NCBI GenBank assembly: GCA_964252035.1
Contig: OZ176204.1
Origin: Podarcis erhardii
Lineage: Eukaryota
Length of the DNA: 64,000 nt
Strand: one strand, 5' to 3'
A model generated the notes under the pieces. The model did not search any database, was not told the DNA's origin, and was given only the letters and a program-made list of their open reading frames with translations. Both the position numbers and the translations under genes were made by a program. Positions 23,056 through 36,419 of the stretch are shown here, piece after piece (the first letter of the stretch is position 1; each line of letters begins with the position of its first letter).

Positions 23056-25000
23056 ATCTAGATGTTGGTTTGAGGGATCACTTAAAATTGAGTTGAATTG
23101 TATATTTTTATTGCTGTAAGCCACTTTGAGACCTATTTGGTGAAAAGTTTATATCATTTATTAAAAAAAGTTAACACAACGGGTGTATTAACTAGCTTTG
23201 CTAATTTTTAGTTTGCATAATAGATAAGATTTATACTTTTGCTTCAGATTACTGCACTTTATGAAACATTGGAAGTATTTTGCACATTGAATAGGAAAGG
23301 GATAATAGATGCCATAGGCCACTGGTCCCAAACTTCCCAGTTGTATTAGTTTCTCCTTAGGAGATTCTGTCCCATAGGAGAGAGAACAAAAGTTCTCTGA
23401 TAATGTCTGAATGTCTAATAATTGTAACTTTGCTCCCTTTCATTCTGTGTGTAGACCTTTGAGAGTGCTGTCTTCCACAAAATGTGTTCCGTTCCAGCCT
23501 TTCATAAGACTATTACTGTTCTGCAAAACGTTCTGAAAACATCATAGCCACAAATCTGTTGTTGTAATGGTAAAATTAAGTTCACCCTTTGGTTAATGTG
23601 TTTTTTGTTGTTTTTTACTACAACAAATTTGTCTTTTAGATTCTGCAGCTGAGTAGTTGAAATTATGCTACAGGACTAGTCTTTAGCCGTTTCAGACCAG
23701 GGACCCATGTTTAACCTAAGCATAGATTTGGGCCCTATTTCTTAATTATTCATGATATATATCTGCATGGTGGTAGTGCTGTTACTGCAATCCACTTTTG
23801 ATCAGACCACAGCCCAGTAGTGGGTCCCGACCCACTATTTGAAGACCAGTGCACCACAGGAAATAGCGATAACCAAGGGCATTATTAGTTTGAAATCATT
23901 CCAATGCACACTATGAAATTACTAAAACTAGCTGGAAAAAGAGTACATATTTACTCCCTGAGGATGTAGTGTTCATGCTCAATATTATGCAGAATAAACA
24001 TTTTGGGTTGGTAAGAAAAGTCAGTCATAGTTTCCATTCCTATACTGCATGGTCTTGCAGCATCCTGAGTCCACTTTTTTTATACAGATGATTTCTACCC
24101 TGCTTTTTGATTGAATCAAGGTGGCTTACAATATAGATTGTAATAATACCCACACAAGCTACGCTGCTCCCCAAACAACCACAAGAAAGCTCTCTCTTGT
24201 GGTTTTCTGGTCATCAGAACTCTCCTCCTCTCTCCAGACTAACCACAAGCTGCATTCAAGGTTTATAGCTCATGGTTAATCTGAGAGACCTAAATCATGA
24301 GCCCAGGTTTGGATGACACACTAAGCCAAACCATGGTGCAGCAGCCAGAATGACTGGGGAGGAGCAAAATGGCTTTGCGCTCCTTTCTGATGGTTTGTGT
24401 GGTCACAATAAGCCATGGTTTGGGTTAGCATGACATGTGAACCAAGTCAGACTGATGCTTCTTTCAGGGGAAATTGAATAAGGGAGAATAAGTGTTGTGT
24501 GTGTACCAGTTGCCTAAAGCTTTGCTAGCTTTTTGCGTCTCCAAACAATGGATGCTTATCAATATAGAAAAGCTGCCGCCGCCAAAATGTAGGCTGTAAA
24601 CCAAGTCTGTGGCTTGCATGGTGTATACTACTGTTATATTGGAATCAAATGTTCTGTTTGAAGTCTTTAATTTAGGAAATCCACAAAACCCAAGATGATT
24701 CTTTAAATTAGTTTTGGATTATGTTGCAACCATTTGCAAGCATACAATGGATGAGTTTAATAAGCAATGTATGTATTTGACTAAACTACTAAAATTGCAG
24801 ATACAGTCCTTAAAAACAATAGAATAGCCTTGGCTGGGACTTTGATTAAATATCATCTAAACTACACTACATATGCCTGCATCAAAAAGAAGGCTTCCCC
24901 CCACCCAAAGTAGCTTCAAATGGTTCTGTTAAATGTAGGAATGTTCTGATGATTATCTTTTTAATTAAAATGAGAAATCTTTGTTTAAAGTGGCATTCTT

Positions 25001-25150
25001 NNNNNNNNNNNNNNNNNNNNNNNNNNNNNNNNNNNNNNNNNNNNNNNNNNNNNNNNNNNNNNNNNNNNNNNNNNNNNNNNNNNNNNNNNNNNNNNNNNNN
25101 NNNNNNNNNNNNNNNNNNNNNNNNNNNNNNNNNNNNNNNNNNNNNNNNNN
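25001..25150. other. Assembly gap (150 N)
   Basis: N run. Confidence 0.99.
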
Positions 25151-28100
25151 AGAGAATAAAACTGACATTCACACTTAACAAACTGATTCTTACAAGGTAT
25201 GTAATATGCTATAAAAATACAATAAAGCCCCTTTTATAAGAGTTCATATTTTCTGATCCTTGTTTTCAAAGGTATTTAAGAAAGATATCAAGGTTCTGTG
25301 AAGCAACATCTGTTTTCATGAATGGACTAGCAACCACTTCAGCTTAATCTAATTACCAGTGCATGGAGTTAAGCCTTATTAGTATAGAGTTCTAATTAAA
25401 TACCTTTGCAACTCATTTCTAACCCCTTTTTTCCTTGTGGTACTTTTAATTTGGCATTTTTGAATATTCTGCATTTTTGCCAAAAGAGTTATGGTGTGGG
25501 TAGTGAATGAGAAGACATTACCTCTGTGCCATCCCTTCATTCCTCACCCAAAGCACTTAAATCTTATAGGGGGGAAATCCCCAACTCTTCAGGAACTTAA
25601 ATTTCAGGGAATTTAAACCCTGGTGATCTAAACAGAGTTTAGCTAGATTATTATTTTATTTTCATTATTAAATTATCCGTTTCCTTTACCAGCTCATGGA
25701 CAGCATCTTTATAGCCACTGTTGCAGAGTATTTCTCTCCCCGCACCCCACCCCATGTTGAAGACGTGGAGTCTCCTTTCAGGCTAGTGCAAATTATGAAA
25801 TGTGCCATGTTCTCTTGCTCCCACTTTCTTCAAAACAGAGAGCTTTCTCATTGCATTGCTGAAAATACTGACAGTGCAGCTTGAGTTGATGACCTGATCT
25901 TTAGTAAGTCAGCTTGATAGACTGACATGGTGATCCTATAGACATGTGTGTCTGTGAGTGCAGAGATTAGCATTTAAAAATGTAACTTGCATTTGTGTGA
26001 TGGAAGTGAGGTAAGTCCGTCCTGTAGTGCTGCCTGTCAGTTACTACAGGGTATTGGTTGGGTAGGACTACACCAGTGTAGCTGGTTCAGTTACGGGTTT
26101 TACAGTAGCGTGCAAGCTGCCTTCATTCCTTCCCAGTTCTGATGCCTCTCAACCCTTTTCCATGCTCAGTAATGGCTTTGTGCTCTGCCACTAAACCACA
26201 CCTGACAGTGGTGCCTGTTTACAACAATTAGGTTGATCCACACTGTTGGCTTGATGTCTTGAGTCAGCTCATAGTGTAGGCACTGCTTTGTAGAGAGGTG
26301 TGGAGCCTGATTCCACCTGCTTGTTTGCTCATGCAGCAATAGAAAGGATTGGGCCATAAATAACTCTTAGAGCTTGAGCCAGCCTTGTAAATAAGGCCAC
26401 AAAAATGACTAGTCTGCAAAAAAAATTTACTAGCCTGTTTTGTACTCAGGAGAAGGACTGGCGGATGGAACACTCAATCTCTCCTCTGCCATCCCCACTT
26501 ATATGTAAAAAACTGGCTAGCAAAAAGTGTTGCATGCTGGGCATGAAAGAGAAGGTTTTCTCTCCTTACACCCGCATAGAAATGCAGGGACTGTCAGATG
26601 AACTGTTTGTCCTCCCTCTGACAGCTTTCAGCCTACTTATCTGCATGTAATTCCTTGTCATCCATGGTGACCAGGCGAGTGGTTAAATACAAGGCTGGCT
26701 TAAGCTATACAAAATGTCTGAGTTGATCAAATGAGTTCCCTTGGTAGTCGTAACACTTTGCTGTGAGCCAAAATAGATTTGTCTCTCTGTAGACAACATC
26801 TGGCTTGTCCCTTACGTGCTTTTTCATTTTTTAAAAAACCATATTTTGAGGAATATTATTTTACATTCTCAGAGCAAGGAAGTCTTTTTACTTTGTTGTT
26901 TTACTTCTAATGGGAATTCCAGATTTGTTTTTAAATTTGTTATTCACCCCAAGCTTTTGGGAAAGAGTGGGCTGTAAATATAAATTTTAACAGTTGGGTT
27001 TGAATAAACATCACACTCTATCACTACTTGTTTTGCAAATATCTAATGAGCATATGCTACTCTATATTCAATAACTGAACATTTGTTCTTTTGAAAGGCA
27101 ACGTTAACTGCCACCTCAGTCCATATCCCTGTATTTCTTTCAAAGGAGGGAGCTGTTTAGCACATTTGCAAGGACCAGCTCTCTTTATTGCAGTGGAAGG
27201 GAAATTCTCCGGGGTCAAAGAACTTCACACATGATGAATCAGTGTTCCTTTCAAGAGATGTGCACATTGTACCAATGGATACCATTGTGTCTTAGCCTTT
27301 TTTGAAAAAAGAGAAAAAGAGAAATAAATATTTTGTGAATTTGGTACATAAATGAATGATTTGAGTCTTCATGATGTGACTCGATTCTTTAGTTGCTTTA
27401 GGGGTGCGCAAATGGACTCAGTTCTTTAGTTGCTTTAGGGGGGCAATGCAAGGAGAGTGCAGGGTTCAAGTTAACAGCATTTTGTTTTAGCTTTTTGCTT
27501 TGTTTGCTTCATTAAATATATGCAATTAGTAAAAGCAAATGGTAAATTTGCTAACGCATCATTGAAGTATTTAGCTTCATGGACTTAGAAAAGTGGAATT
27601 TGGTGCTCCATGCCCTCTCTCCTAGCATATCTACTGTAGGCACTGGGAAGAATAGGTTGACCTTAATATTTGCTTTCCACTAAATCGCCGCCTTGCAGCA
27701 GTTATTTTCTACTGAATAAAAAGTTTAATTTCACGCCCTGATTAGTGCTAGTATATGCAGGTGGATATTTATTTTAAGTGGCTAAAACTGGTCTTCCTTG
27801 GCAAATTGCTCACCAACCAGCAGAACTATAATTCCTCATGAGTAGTTAGTGCTAAATTATAGTTCTTGTTAGTGGAGTAAATCAAAACAATACTAGCTGC
27901 TACGTTTTTGACTAGATAGGAGTTATGGGAAGATAGAGATGAGAAAGACACAGTGCAAGATTCAGATGTAATGCTAAACCATGGTTTAGCACTGTGATGA
28001 ATGAGCCTAACTGCCTCCGTAATCACACATTCTCCCGCTTCCCTTTCATTTTCATACATGTTCAAAAGGAGGAGTTCAGAAGCTTTTGCTTCAATTTCTA

Positions 28101-28292
28101 GTTTACTGTAATTTGCCATTTTGTCTGGACTGGGAACTGTGGTCATCATCACAAATTCTGGCTTGTTTTGAAACAGCCATAGTTAATATTAAATCATGAT
28201 TCCCAGTTTGGGTGAAATGGGAAGCCATGGTTAACTAAAAGCAAAAGCCTCTTTGCAACAAGCTTTTGTTGAAAGCAACTCATTCAAATATA

Positions 28293-28518
28293 CAGTGGTA
28301 CCTCGGGTTACATACGCTTCAGGTTACAGACTCTGCTAACCCAGAAATAGTACCTCGGGTTAAGAACTTTGCTTCAGGATGAGAACAGAAATCGTGCTCC
28401 AGCGGCGTGGCGGCAGCATGAGGCCCCATTAGCTAAAGTGGTGCTTCAGGTTAAGAACAGTTTCAGGTTAAGAACAGGCCTCCGGAACAAATTAAGTACT
28501 TAACCTGAGGTACCACTG
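28293..28518. mobile_element. Tc1/mariner MITE (inverted relative to the 6191 copy)
   Basis: TIRs, TA flanks, near-identical interior to 6191-6432. Confidence 0.9.
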
Positions 28519-28567
28519 TATTTTTTGCTGCGAATGTTTCTGATCATTTCAGATTTTGATAAAGCAA

Positions 28568-28721
28568 GGAAGGATTGTGGTGCAGTGGTAAAAGGTCCTA
28601 GGTTCAATTGTCAATTTCCAGATAGGGCTGGGGGAGATTTCTGTCTGAAACTGGAACGCTGCTGCCAGTCAGTGTAGACAATACTGAGTTAGATGGACAA
28701 ATGGTCTGACTTGATGTAAGC
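28568..28721 (+). mobile_element. Squam3-like SINE, decayed
   Basis: Same body as the 10633 copy; damaged head. Confidence 0.7.
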
Positions 28722-29138
28722 TTAAAGAAATGTAGAATCTGCACCTGCTTTGTAGACAGCGAAAATGAAGTATTGATAGGTGTCAGTATTTCCACAGATG
28801 CATCTGGTAAATTGGTAGTGGGAGCATTATTGTATTTGCTTTTCTAACATTCTTCTGTTCCTTTAACTATGTTTTGGTTAATTTTACAATTGGCTACCCA
28901 CCTGTTATAGCACATTTTATCATTAAACAAAATTAATTTTAAAAATGGTCTGGAGCTGTCTGCTTTTAATGGGATCTGAGTTTCTTTAGTCCTATAATCT
29001 GCCTCATGAGGCTTGTCTGTCTTCTAGGAAGTGCAGCATTGCATCATTAAAATATCACCCCCTGCTGAGAGCAACATCAGTCCTATTCACTAAATGGAAA
29101 TGCTGAAGCAGTGACAAGTGTTTCTAAAAACTGTATTA

Positions 29139-29188
29139 AAAATTCATTTATTCTTAGCTAAGCATTTAGCTAAGAATAAATGAATTTT
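29139..29188. repeat. Perfect 23-bp inverted repeat with 4-nt loop
   Basis: AAAATTCATTTATTCTTAGCTAA-GCAT-TTAGCTAAGAATAAATGAATTTT. Confidence 0.95.
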
Positions 29189-30229
29189 GCCAAATAGGGG
29201 ATTGCAATAAATTACAGGGTTCTTGTTGTTAACAAAATGCATCTGTCCAAAGGACTACATAAAAATAATAAATATTCTGCCATCCCAGCAGTAGTTCTGT
29301 GGTGCCAAAAGGGAGCTGCAGTTTTGATTTCTATTGTTTCAGAATTGAGTGGCTTGAAGCATAGAGGCTGCGTAGGAATATGCTTATGCCCTCACAGAAT
29401 TATGTGATCAAACTCACATTGCCATGCTAACTTGGCATTGTTCACCTAAAAGCAAGAAGCTTATCATAATCTGTAGCCTCCTGACTCTCATCTGAAAGGA
29501 ATAACACTGGAGGGTTAGTGCCAGCCACAGTTTTGTTTGTGTGTGTATGTCTCATGCCAGTTTTGGCCCATAATTTTCCCAGCTGGCTTTATTTATCCTT
29601 TCTTACAAGATTGGAGAGGCAGATATTTAAGAACCTTTCTTGCACAGAAAGCCCTCTTCTTGCTTGCTACTTAATTAGCACTTGTTTATGACACAGCCTC
29701 TGATTTGATTTTTAAAACAAATTGCACAGTAAAGAAGCTGATATTTAAACTGTATGGTAACCATGGCTCCAGCTGTGATTCAAATATTGTAAGCCTTCAG
29801 GGGTTGTATTAGGCTTAGAAAATAGGAACTGAGGTCTGTAATTTAATGTCTGTCTTTTAAAGGCTGCATTTTTATATTTATTTTTTAGGGGGAAAACAAA
29901 TGCATTCCATAGAATTTAAAATATTGACTCATTCTGAGAAAACAGCCTTTTCAGACCTCACTAGAGACTGCTAGATCCATTAAGTTAAAAATGGAAGAAG
30001 GGGTAAAGGAAGGTAATAAAACAAAAAGTCAGTTAAAGATTGCAGGGAAAAGATGGCCAGTTTGAAATCAGAGCTAATGACTTTAGTACATCGTGGGAGG
30101 GAGACTGTTGAGAAGGCAGCCATAGAAGTAGGCTACATATTAAATACAATGTTTGGGTTGCTGCAGCACATTACAGAATTGGAATTTGGCAGGTGTTAGG
30201 CTGGGTAATACACTGCATGATGGGGTGGG

Positions 30230-31460
30230 GAGGGTTCCCATGGGATCATGCTTGTAAAACTTGTATAGAATGGTTGCATCTTGTAGCAAATTCCATAACT
30301 GTGAACTGTATGAAGAAGTACTTCCACGCATGCAGTGGGATTTCTCCTTCCTCCTGCAGCCCTCCATATGCTCCTGAAAGCTGCTCTAGAGGGGACCTCA
30401 ACCCTCCATAACAGATTTTGAGAGTTTGCTGAGGGTGGAGAAGGTGAAATTCTGTTGTGAGAATGCAAGTCTGTACCAGAAAGTCTGGACAGCATCAGCT
30501 ACAATACTGATCCTTTTAAAAACTGTTTAGCTTCATTAGTTGACTCTTGGTTCTGCTATTATGAGAGGTGCCTATCCACTTTCTACCCACCATGCATAAT
30601 TTTATATACCTCTGTCATGCATTTTTTTTAAAAAAAGAGCTCCAAATATCATAACTTTTCTTCACATGGGAGTTGCTATGGCCCCTGGATATTTTAGGCT
30701 GCCCTTTTAAAACCTCTTTTCCAGGTCTGCAACATCCTTTTTGATGTGTGGTGACCAGAACTATACACAGTGTTCCAAATGTGGTTACACCATAGATTGG
30801 AATAACAGCATTTTGTCATTGGCCATTTCATTTTCAATCCCTTTTCCAATGATCCCTAACACAGAATACACCTTTTTTCACAGCTGCTGGGTCGACATGT
30901 TCATCAAGTTATCTGCTAAGTCCCTACGCTCTCTTTCCTGGTCTGTTGCTGCCAGTTCAGACCACATTAGTGTATTTGTTTATTTAGAAGCTTTTCTGAA
31001 CAGCTTAATATTTTCAAAATCTCTTAAGTGCTGTACACTATGTTCAATATAAAAACAATATTCATTAAACCAAAAACACAAACTAAAAACAATGAAACAA
31101 TATAAAAAGTAAGTAATACAGAGATTCAGGGGATTTGCATACATAAACCTCATGGGTCAGGGAAAGCCTGAGCAAAAAGATGTGTGAAGCAACTGAGGTT
31201 GCTGCTTCACATATGGTAGAGGGAAGGGCAACCCACAGAACAGGGGCAGCAGCAGAAAATGCCCTTATTTTGGTCACCACCCTTTGATATTCTGTTAAGA
31301 GCAACAAAGGTAAACTTCCTCAGTCCCTCTCAGAAAGAAGATCATCCATTTGAGTGACCAGGGCCGATTCTGTCCCAAGTGTATATGTAAAGTTAGGGTT
31401 TTTTTGTCCCACTATACATTATTTTACACTGAACTGTGTTTGCCGTTTTAATGCCTGCTC
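30230..31460 (-). mobile_element. Old CR1 LINE fragment interrupted by an L2 3' end
   Basis: CR1 RT-like antisense sequence (ggtgaccagaactatacacagtgttcca...) that resumes after about 31377. Confidence 0.7.
30975..31376 (-). mobile_element. L2 LINE 3' end nested in CR1
   Basis: Minus-strand peptide RAFSAAAPVLWVALP (L2 C-terminal motif), AT-rich tail, AGTGTAT on both sides. Confidence 0.7.
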
Positions 31461-31682
31461 ATTCTCTGTATGTTGTGGAACATCTGGAATGTATTCTAGA
31501 ATTTACAGTCGATACCTTGGAGCTCTGGATAAACCTGCTAAGCCTTATTATTGCCCTGCCTGAACTTATAGTGCATCTTGGAATGCATATAACTATTGGC
31601 TGTGCATTTTAGGAGAAGGTGCTGCCCTGGACTCCTTCAGAATGAGCGTAGGATATAAATGTAATTAATAATAATAGTAATA

Positions 31683-31857
31683 CAGTCAGGTTATAGACGC
31701 TTCAGGTTGCGTTTTTTCGGGTTATGGACCGCCGAAACCTGGAAGTACCAGAACGGGTTACTTCCGGATTTCGGCATTTGCGCATGCAGAGAAGTGCCGC
31801 TGCAGGTTGTGAATGTGCATCCTGCACAGATCACGTTCACAACCCAAGTGTCCACTG
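31683..31857. mobile_element. Tc1/mariner MITE with damaged left TIR
   Basis: TA-CAGT...CCACTG-TA, CpG-rich interior. Confidence 0.6.
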
Positions 31858-34493
31858 TAATTAATAATAGGTGGGGGAAACTATTAAGGAAGCTTGCCTG
31901 TCTTTTCTGGTCTTCTCATTGAGAATTCTCTCACAAGCTTTCAAGGAACCCCCAGGGTTCTTCAGAACACATTTTGAACAATCACTGTTTTAAACTGATG
32001 CTCTGTGAGTTGTTGTGCTCTTCAAGTAGAATTCCCACATCAAAAAGCGGCTCTAATTGTGGTTATCCTGTTTGCATAGAGTTTTAGATCAGGCATGTCA
32101 GAAGAAAATGAAGGGGTTTGGTGCTGTATAGGCTCATATATGCATCCTTTAACAAAAAAGGCTATAAGGAACAAGCACGTAGCTGCTTGAATCCCTTACC
32201 CTTTCTAGCAGTAGGCTGTGAAGAGGTCAGATTTTCTCAGGGTGAACTTGAAGATGACATTGTACATGTATAAATTAGTTTGGAGGACATGGCCATCACC
32301 TAAGAAATTCTCCTTAAGTGGTGTGCATACAATGATCCCCATCCATGGTATGTGAACTATTGTATTTTTCCATGTACAAGACAATTTTTTATTTTTTATT
32401 TTGCTTTTTTTGCTTTAATAATTTGCTTAATTTTTTTTGGTCAGAAATTGGGGGTCATCTTATACACGGATGGTGAATGCACAGGTTTTTTTTAATTAAT
32501 TAATTTTTTGATTAAAAAAACCCACACTACTTATATTCCCACGGCTGCCGTGAAGAATCTCCCCAAAAAGGCTTAATGGATGATCTTGGGTGTCGGTGGG
32601 CAACGCTATAGCTGTATTACGTGGGTTAATTGTTCTAGAGATGTTTACCTGCGCAAAATCCTCTGTGAGTTGGGCATTCTTTATCATCTTTCTTTTCCTA
32701 AGGTTCTATTATTTATGCTATATAGAGTAGCAGCCTCCCTGCAATTCCCCTGAATAATGCATCTTTATGTGTATGGCTGAGAGTGTGTTTGGTGTTTACG
32801 TTCACCTGGAAATAAGGGTAGGCTAGCCAGGTCTCAATGTAAAAGGAGGTCTCTTATGTCTATTCTCTCCTAGCCCAGAATACACATGCCTAAAGATGGA
32901 TTCCAACTTTCATCTTCTGGATACCAAGCATGGCTAAAGCAGGTTGGACTGTGTTACTGTTTCTCATCTCTTGTGAGGGCTTGCACCAGAAAACTTGTGT
33001 TTGTTTCATTGGTCAAGTACACATACAGTTCAATACCCTCATGGTGATGTGTAATCAGATATTCACTACATCTATATATTTGTGAGTGTTGTATGTCTGC
33101 ATGTTGTGTGCATCTCCTGTTTGCACTTCTCGTGAGTAAAAGTTCAAACAAGGATCATCAGAAGGGAGAGTGGGGCAATGTATAGCAAGATCTGCAGCAA
33201 CAACTCAAATTGCTGAATTAAAATTAGCCTTCAAATGTGAAGGTCTGTGGTGGTGGTAATAACAGGGAGGCCAGTGGGTTAATACACAGGAGGCTTGCAT
33301 CTAGAGCCTAATTCAGATTTGATTGGGTAAAACAAGTGTGGACATTTGCTCGCATCCCATAACAATCCTGCAGTTTGACACAATCTGACACTATTGGGAG
33401 TCCCTGCTCAGATGTGGTCTGGCGCTATATTACTTTGGTGATTATTAAAGGCCAAGCTTTAGATGTTTCAGCAGCCTGGCTCTAGCAATTGCTGTCAACA
33501 TCTCAAAACAAATCTAGTATAACAATTCTCCCAAAAGAATCTTGTTTTCAACTTTGCATGTATGACACATGCACACTCACGGCACATCTGTATCTTTGTG
33601 GGGAAATGTAACATCCTTGAAAAGTAGAAATGAAAAGATGCTTCATTGTAGGAAGATGGAATGATTGTGTCATGGTACTAACAAATGAGAACAATGCAGC
33701 TAAGCTGCATCTGGTTGTTGTGGCAACTACAGTTTTGAAGGCGACTGTTAGAATGAAATTCTCTCTGGTGCTCTGTGCCTAATGAAACAAATGGATAAAG
33801 AACTCCTTGAACTGAGTAGGAGAAAATAAAATAATGAAACCTAAAGTTTTAAGTGGGAGTAGAGAATCTTGGGGTCTCTCGTTTTCTTTGCTCTGCAAGC
33901 AGCCCAGCAGCTCAAGGACTAGTTTATTTTATGCACGAAACATTTTGGATTGTTACAGAGAGATCGGCAAAGAAATGTGAGATCCCTTCCTCAAAGAAAA
34001 TAACATAGGAAACCTTATAGTAGGTCTTTAGTTTCATCTGCATACCACCTCTAAACTATTAGTAACGTACAAGACTGTTTGCAACAAGAGTTCAGTTGAG
34101 GGTGCTAGAATCTATCCCTAGTGCAATCAAACGCAAGATCATTGTTGAAATAGCTTTGTTCTTTTCTGTGCAGGACCTTGGCTAAGAGAACGGCTAAAAA
34201 ATAGATTCTGTCCTAAGTAGTTCCCCTTCTCTTTTTCTTAAAGGCTACTTTTGCCACTACAACTGGAAATCAGAACCTCAATCTGCTCATTAATTTTCAT
34301 GTTGTCTTTGCATTTACTGACCTAATTAAAATACTACTTGCCCAGGCAGTATTATATTGAAATACATGAATGGGTAGTACTTAGCTTCCCTCTCCCTCCC
34401 TCTTCTCTGTTGAAAACTGTTAGGGACCTATTCAGTTCTATCCATTCCTTTAATGCTTTGCCAATGTGCATGAGTTGCTGGCCCAAAAATGTA

Positions 34494-34708
34494 CAGTGGA
34501 ACCTCAGGTTATGTACTGTCCTCCTTACGAACGCTTCGGGTAATGAGCTAACCTGGAAGTAGATGCTCCTGGTAGTGAACTTTGCCCTGGGATGCGAGCG
34601 GAAGTTGTGCGGCAGCGGGAGGCTCCATTAACGCCTCAGGTTAAGAATGGTTTCGGGTTAAAAACGGACCTCTGGAATGAATTAAGTTAGTAACCGGAGG
34701 TACTACTG
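34494..34708. mobile_element. Tc1/mariner MITE
   Basis: CAGTGGAACCTCAGG...GGAGGTACTACTG with TA flanks. Confidence 0.85.
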
Positions 34709-34794
34709 TAATATAACCATTTCCCCTTTAAAATGTACTGCATACATATTTTGGATTTGTGGTAATACCTTAAAAGTGCTTAATACAATGTTCA

Positions 34795-35029
34795 ATAGAT
34801 AAATAGGTACCACTGCAGAGGGAAGGTAAGCAGTGTTTCTGTGCACTCTGGCTTGCGTCATGGTGGTCTGTTGTGCCAGAAGTGGTTTAGTCATGCTGGC
34901 CACATGACTCAGAAAGCTGTCTGTGGACAAACACCGGCTCCCTTGGTGAGATGAATGCTGCACCCCATAATTTCCTTTGGCTGGACTTAACTGTCCAGGG
35001 GTCCTTTACTTTTACGTACCTTACCTTAC
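34795..35029 (+). mobile_element. Sauria SINE, 5'-truncated
   Basis: tagataaataggtacc...gtcatgctggccacatgac...ggggtcctttac. Confidence 0.85.
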
Positions 35030-36419
35030 TTCCCTTTCAGTTGGCTTGGTTTGTCCCCAGTTATGTGAACAGATATGGTTGGTCACAAAGGGAAAAAATG
35101 GCAGAAAACAATATTGAAAAAGGGTGAATTTAAAAGGTTAAAAGGTTTGTCAGGAAATCTTCCTGACCTCCCCCTCCCCTTGCTGTTTACAGCTCAAAAA
35201 TGGAAACAGTGGAATATTTAAAACAGCCCTAGGTGGAAAAGGTTTACATTTGCTTGAAGTATTAACTGTGGTAATACAACCTCTGACAGTGCAGTGGCAG
35301 CATTTGTCAAGATAAATCGTTATAGGACTAATGTCAACTGTTTATGTTACCTGAATTGCTTAACAGTGCACCTGAATAACAGAGATGGTACGTCTTACAC
35401 TGCCTAAAAGCACCTTAATTTTAAATGGAGATGAATCATCCCACTCTAAACATTTTGGGTGATGTTTCAGTTCAACTGGATGCATATGATTGTTTATCTT
35501 AGTTCATCTGAAAGTATAGAGTTAGCATTTCTTTCTTAACCTTGACTGGTCCTTTAGCAGTTGGGAAAACTTGGCTTGTGTGCAAACCCCAGTGTCATCG
35601 CAGCAGTCTCTTGTCATGGCTGTGGAGTTTCCCCTTTGTATTGCACACTCTTGATCTTGTGCCTGGCTTAAATGGAATGCATAAAATGCCCCTGTAGAAG
35701 TATATTAATTTGATCTTAAAACAGTTTGTGTTACAAATGAGATGAAGGAAGATGGATTTTTGCAAGACTGGAAACAGTCCGCTATTAAGGACAAAAGGTT
35801 ATAATATTGAATGTAGGCAACTCTGCACAGGTTCTGTTCAATTGTTATCCCCGATTTAAGCAGCTGAAATTGTGCAAATCTAACCTGCTTAATTTTTAAA
35901 TAAAATTGTCAGGTTTTTTATTGATGTTTATATAGCATGTGTCCAGTCTTGCAAAAAGCCAAGGAAGAATGTGTTGCCCAAGGTAATATTGGGTTTGGTG
36001 ACTTCTTCCTCATAGATTATTATTTAGCAAGCTTATTCCTGGGCGGTGGCTTCAAACATGCCAGAAGTTTGCAGGATGTTCACAGTTGATCATCAAGCTT
36101 GCTAAAATTTGTCTAGCTTCAGGACCCATAGAGGGACTTGGACTGCCAAGGTCACTTTGGCGGACAACGTTTGTCAGCTAATGGATTTTGATCTTGATTC
36201 TTCTGGATCTCACAGCAGTGTTTGATACTGTTGACTTAATATCCTTCTGGACCACTTGTCAGGACTGGGGGTCAGCAGGACTGTGTTACAATCGTTAACT
36301 TGTTCCAGATGGTGATATGAAGAGAGATATTGTGGGGTATCCATCTTATGCTGTTTATTATACAGTGTATAACAACTATGTAAAATCACAGGGGGAGGTT
36401 GCTTGCCATGCTGTAATGC

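Noticed and set aside
25964-26016. Cryptic 47-nt exon ending at a strong GAG|GTAAGT donor
   Set aside because: The upstream acceptor lacks a pyrimidine tract, and strong donors occur by chance several times in this intron; no support without RNA data.
27378-27441. 37-bp-period tandem duplication containing TTAGGGG
   Set aside because: Two copies only, ordinary local duplication; not a telomeric array.
27972-27991. Perfect 20-bp palindrome TGCTAAACCATGGTTTAGCA
   Set aside because: Matches the AAACCATGGTTT-type motif of a common squamate repeat also seen near 24330-24430 and 28225; explained as repeat-derived.
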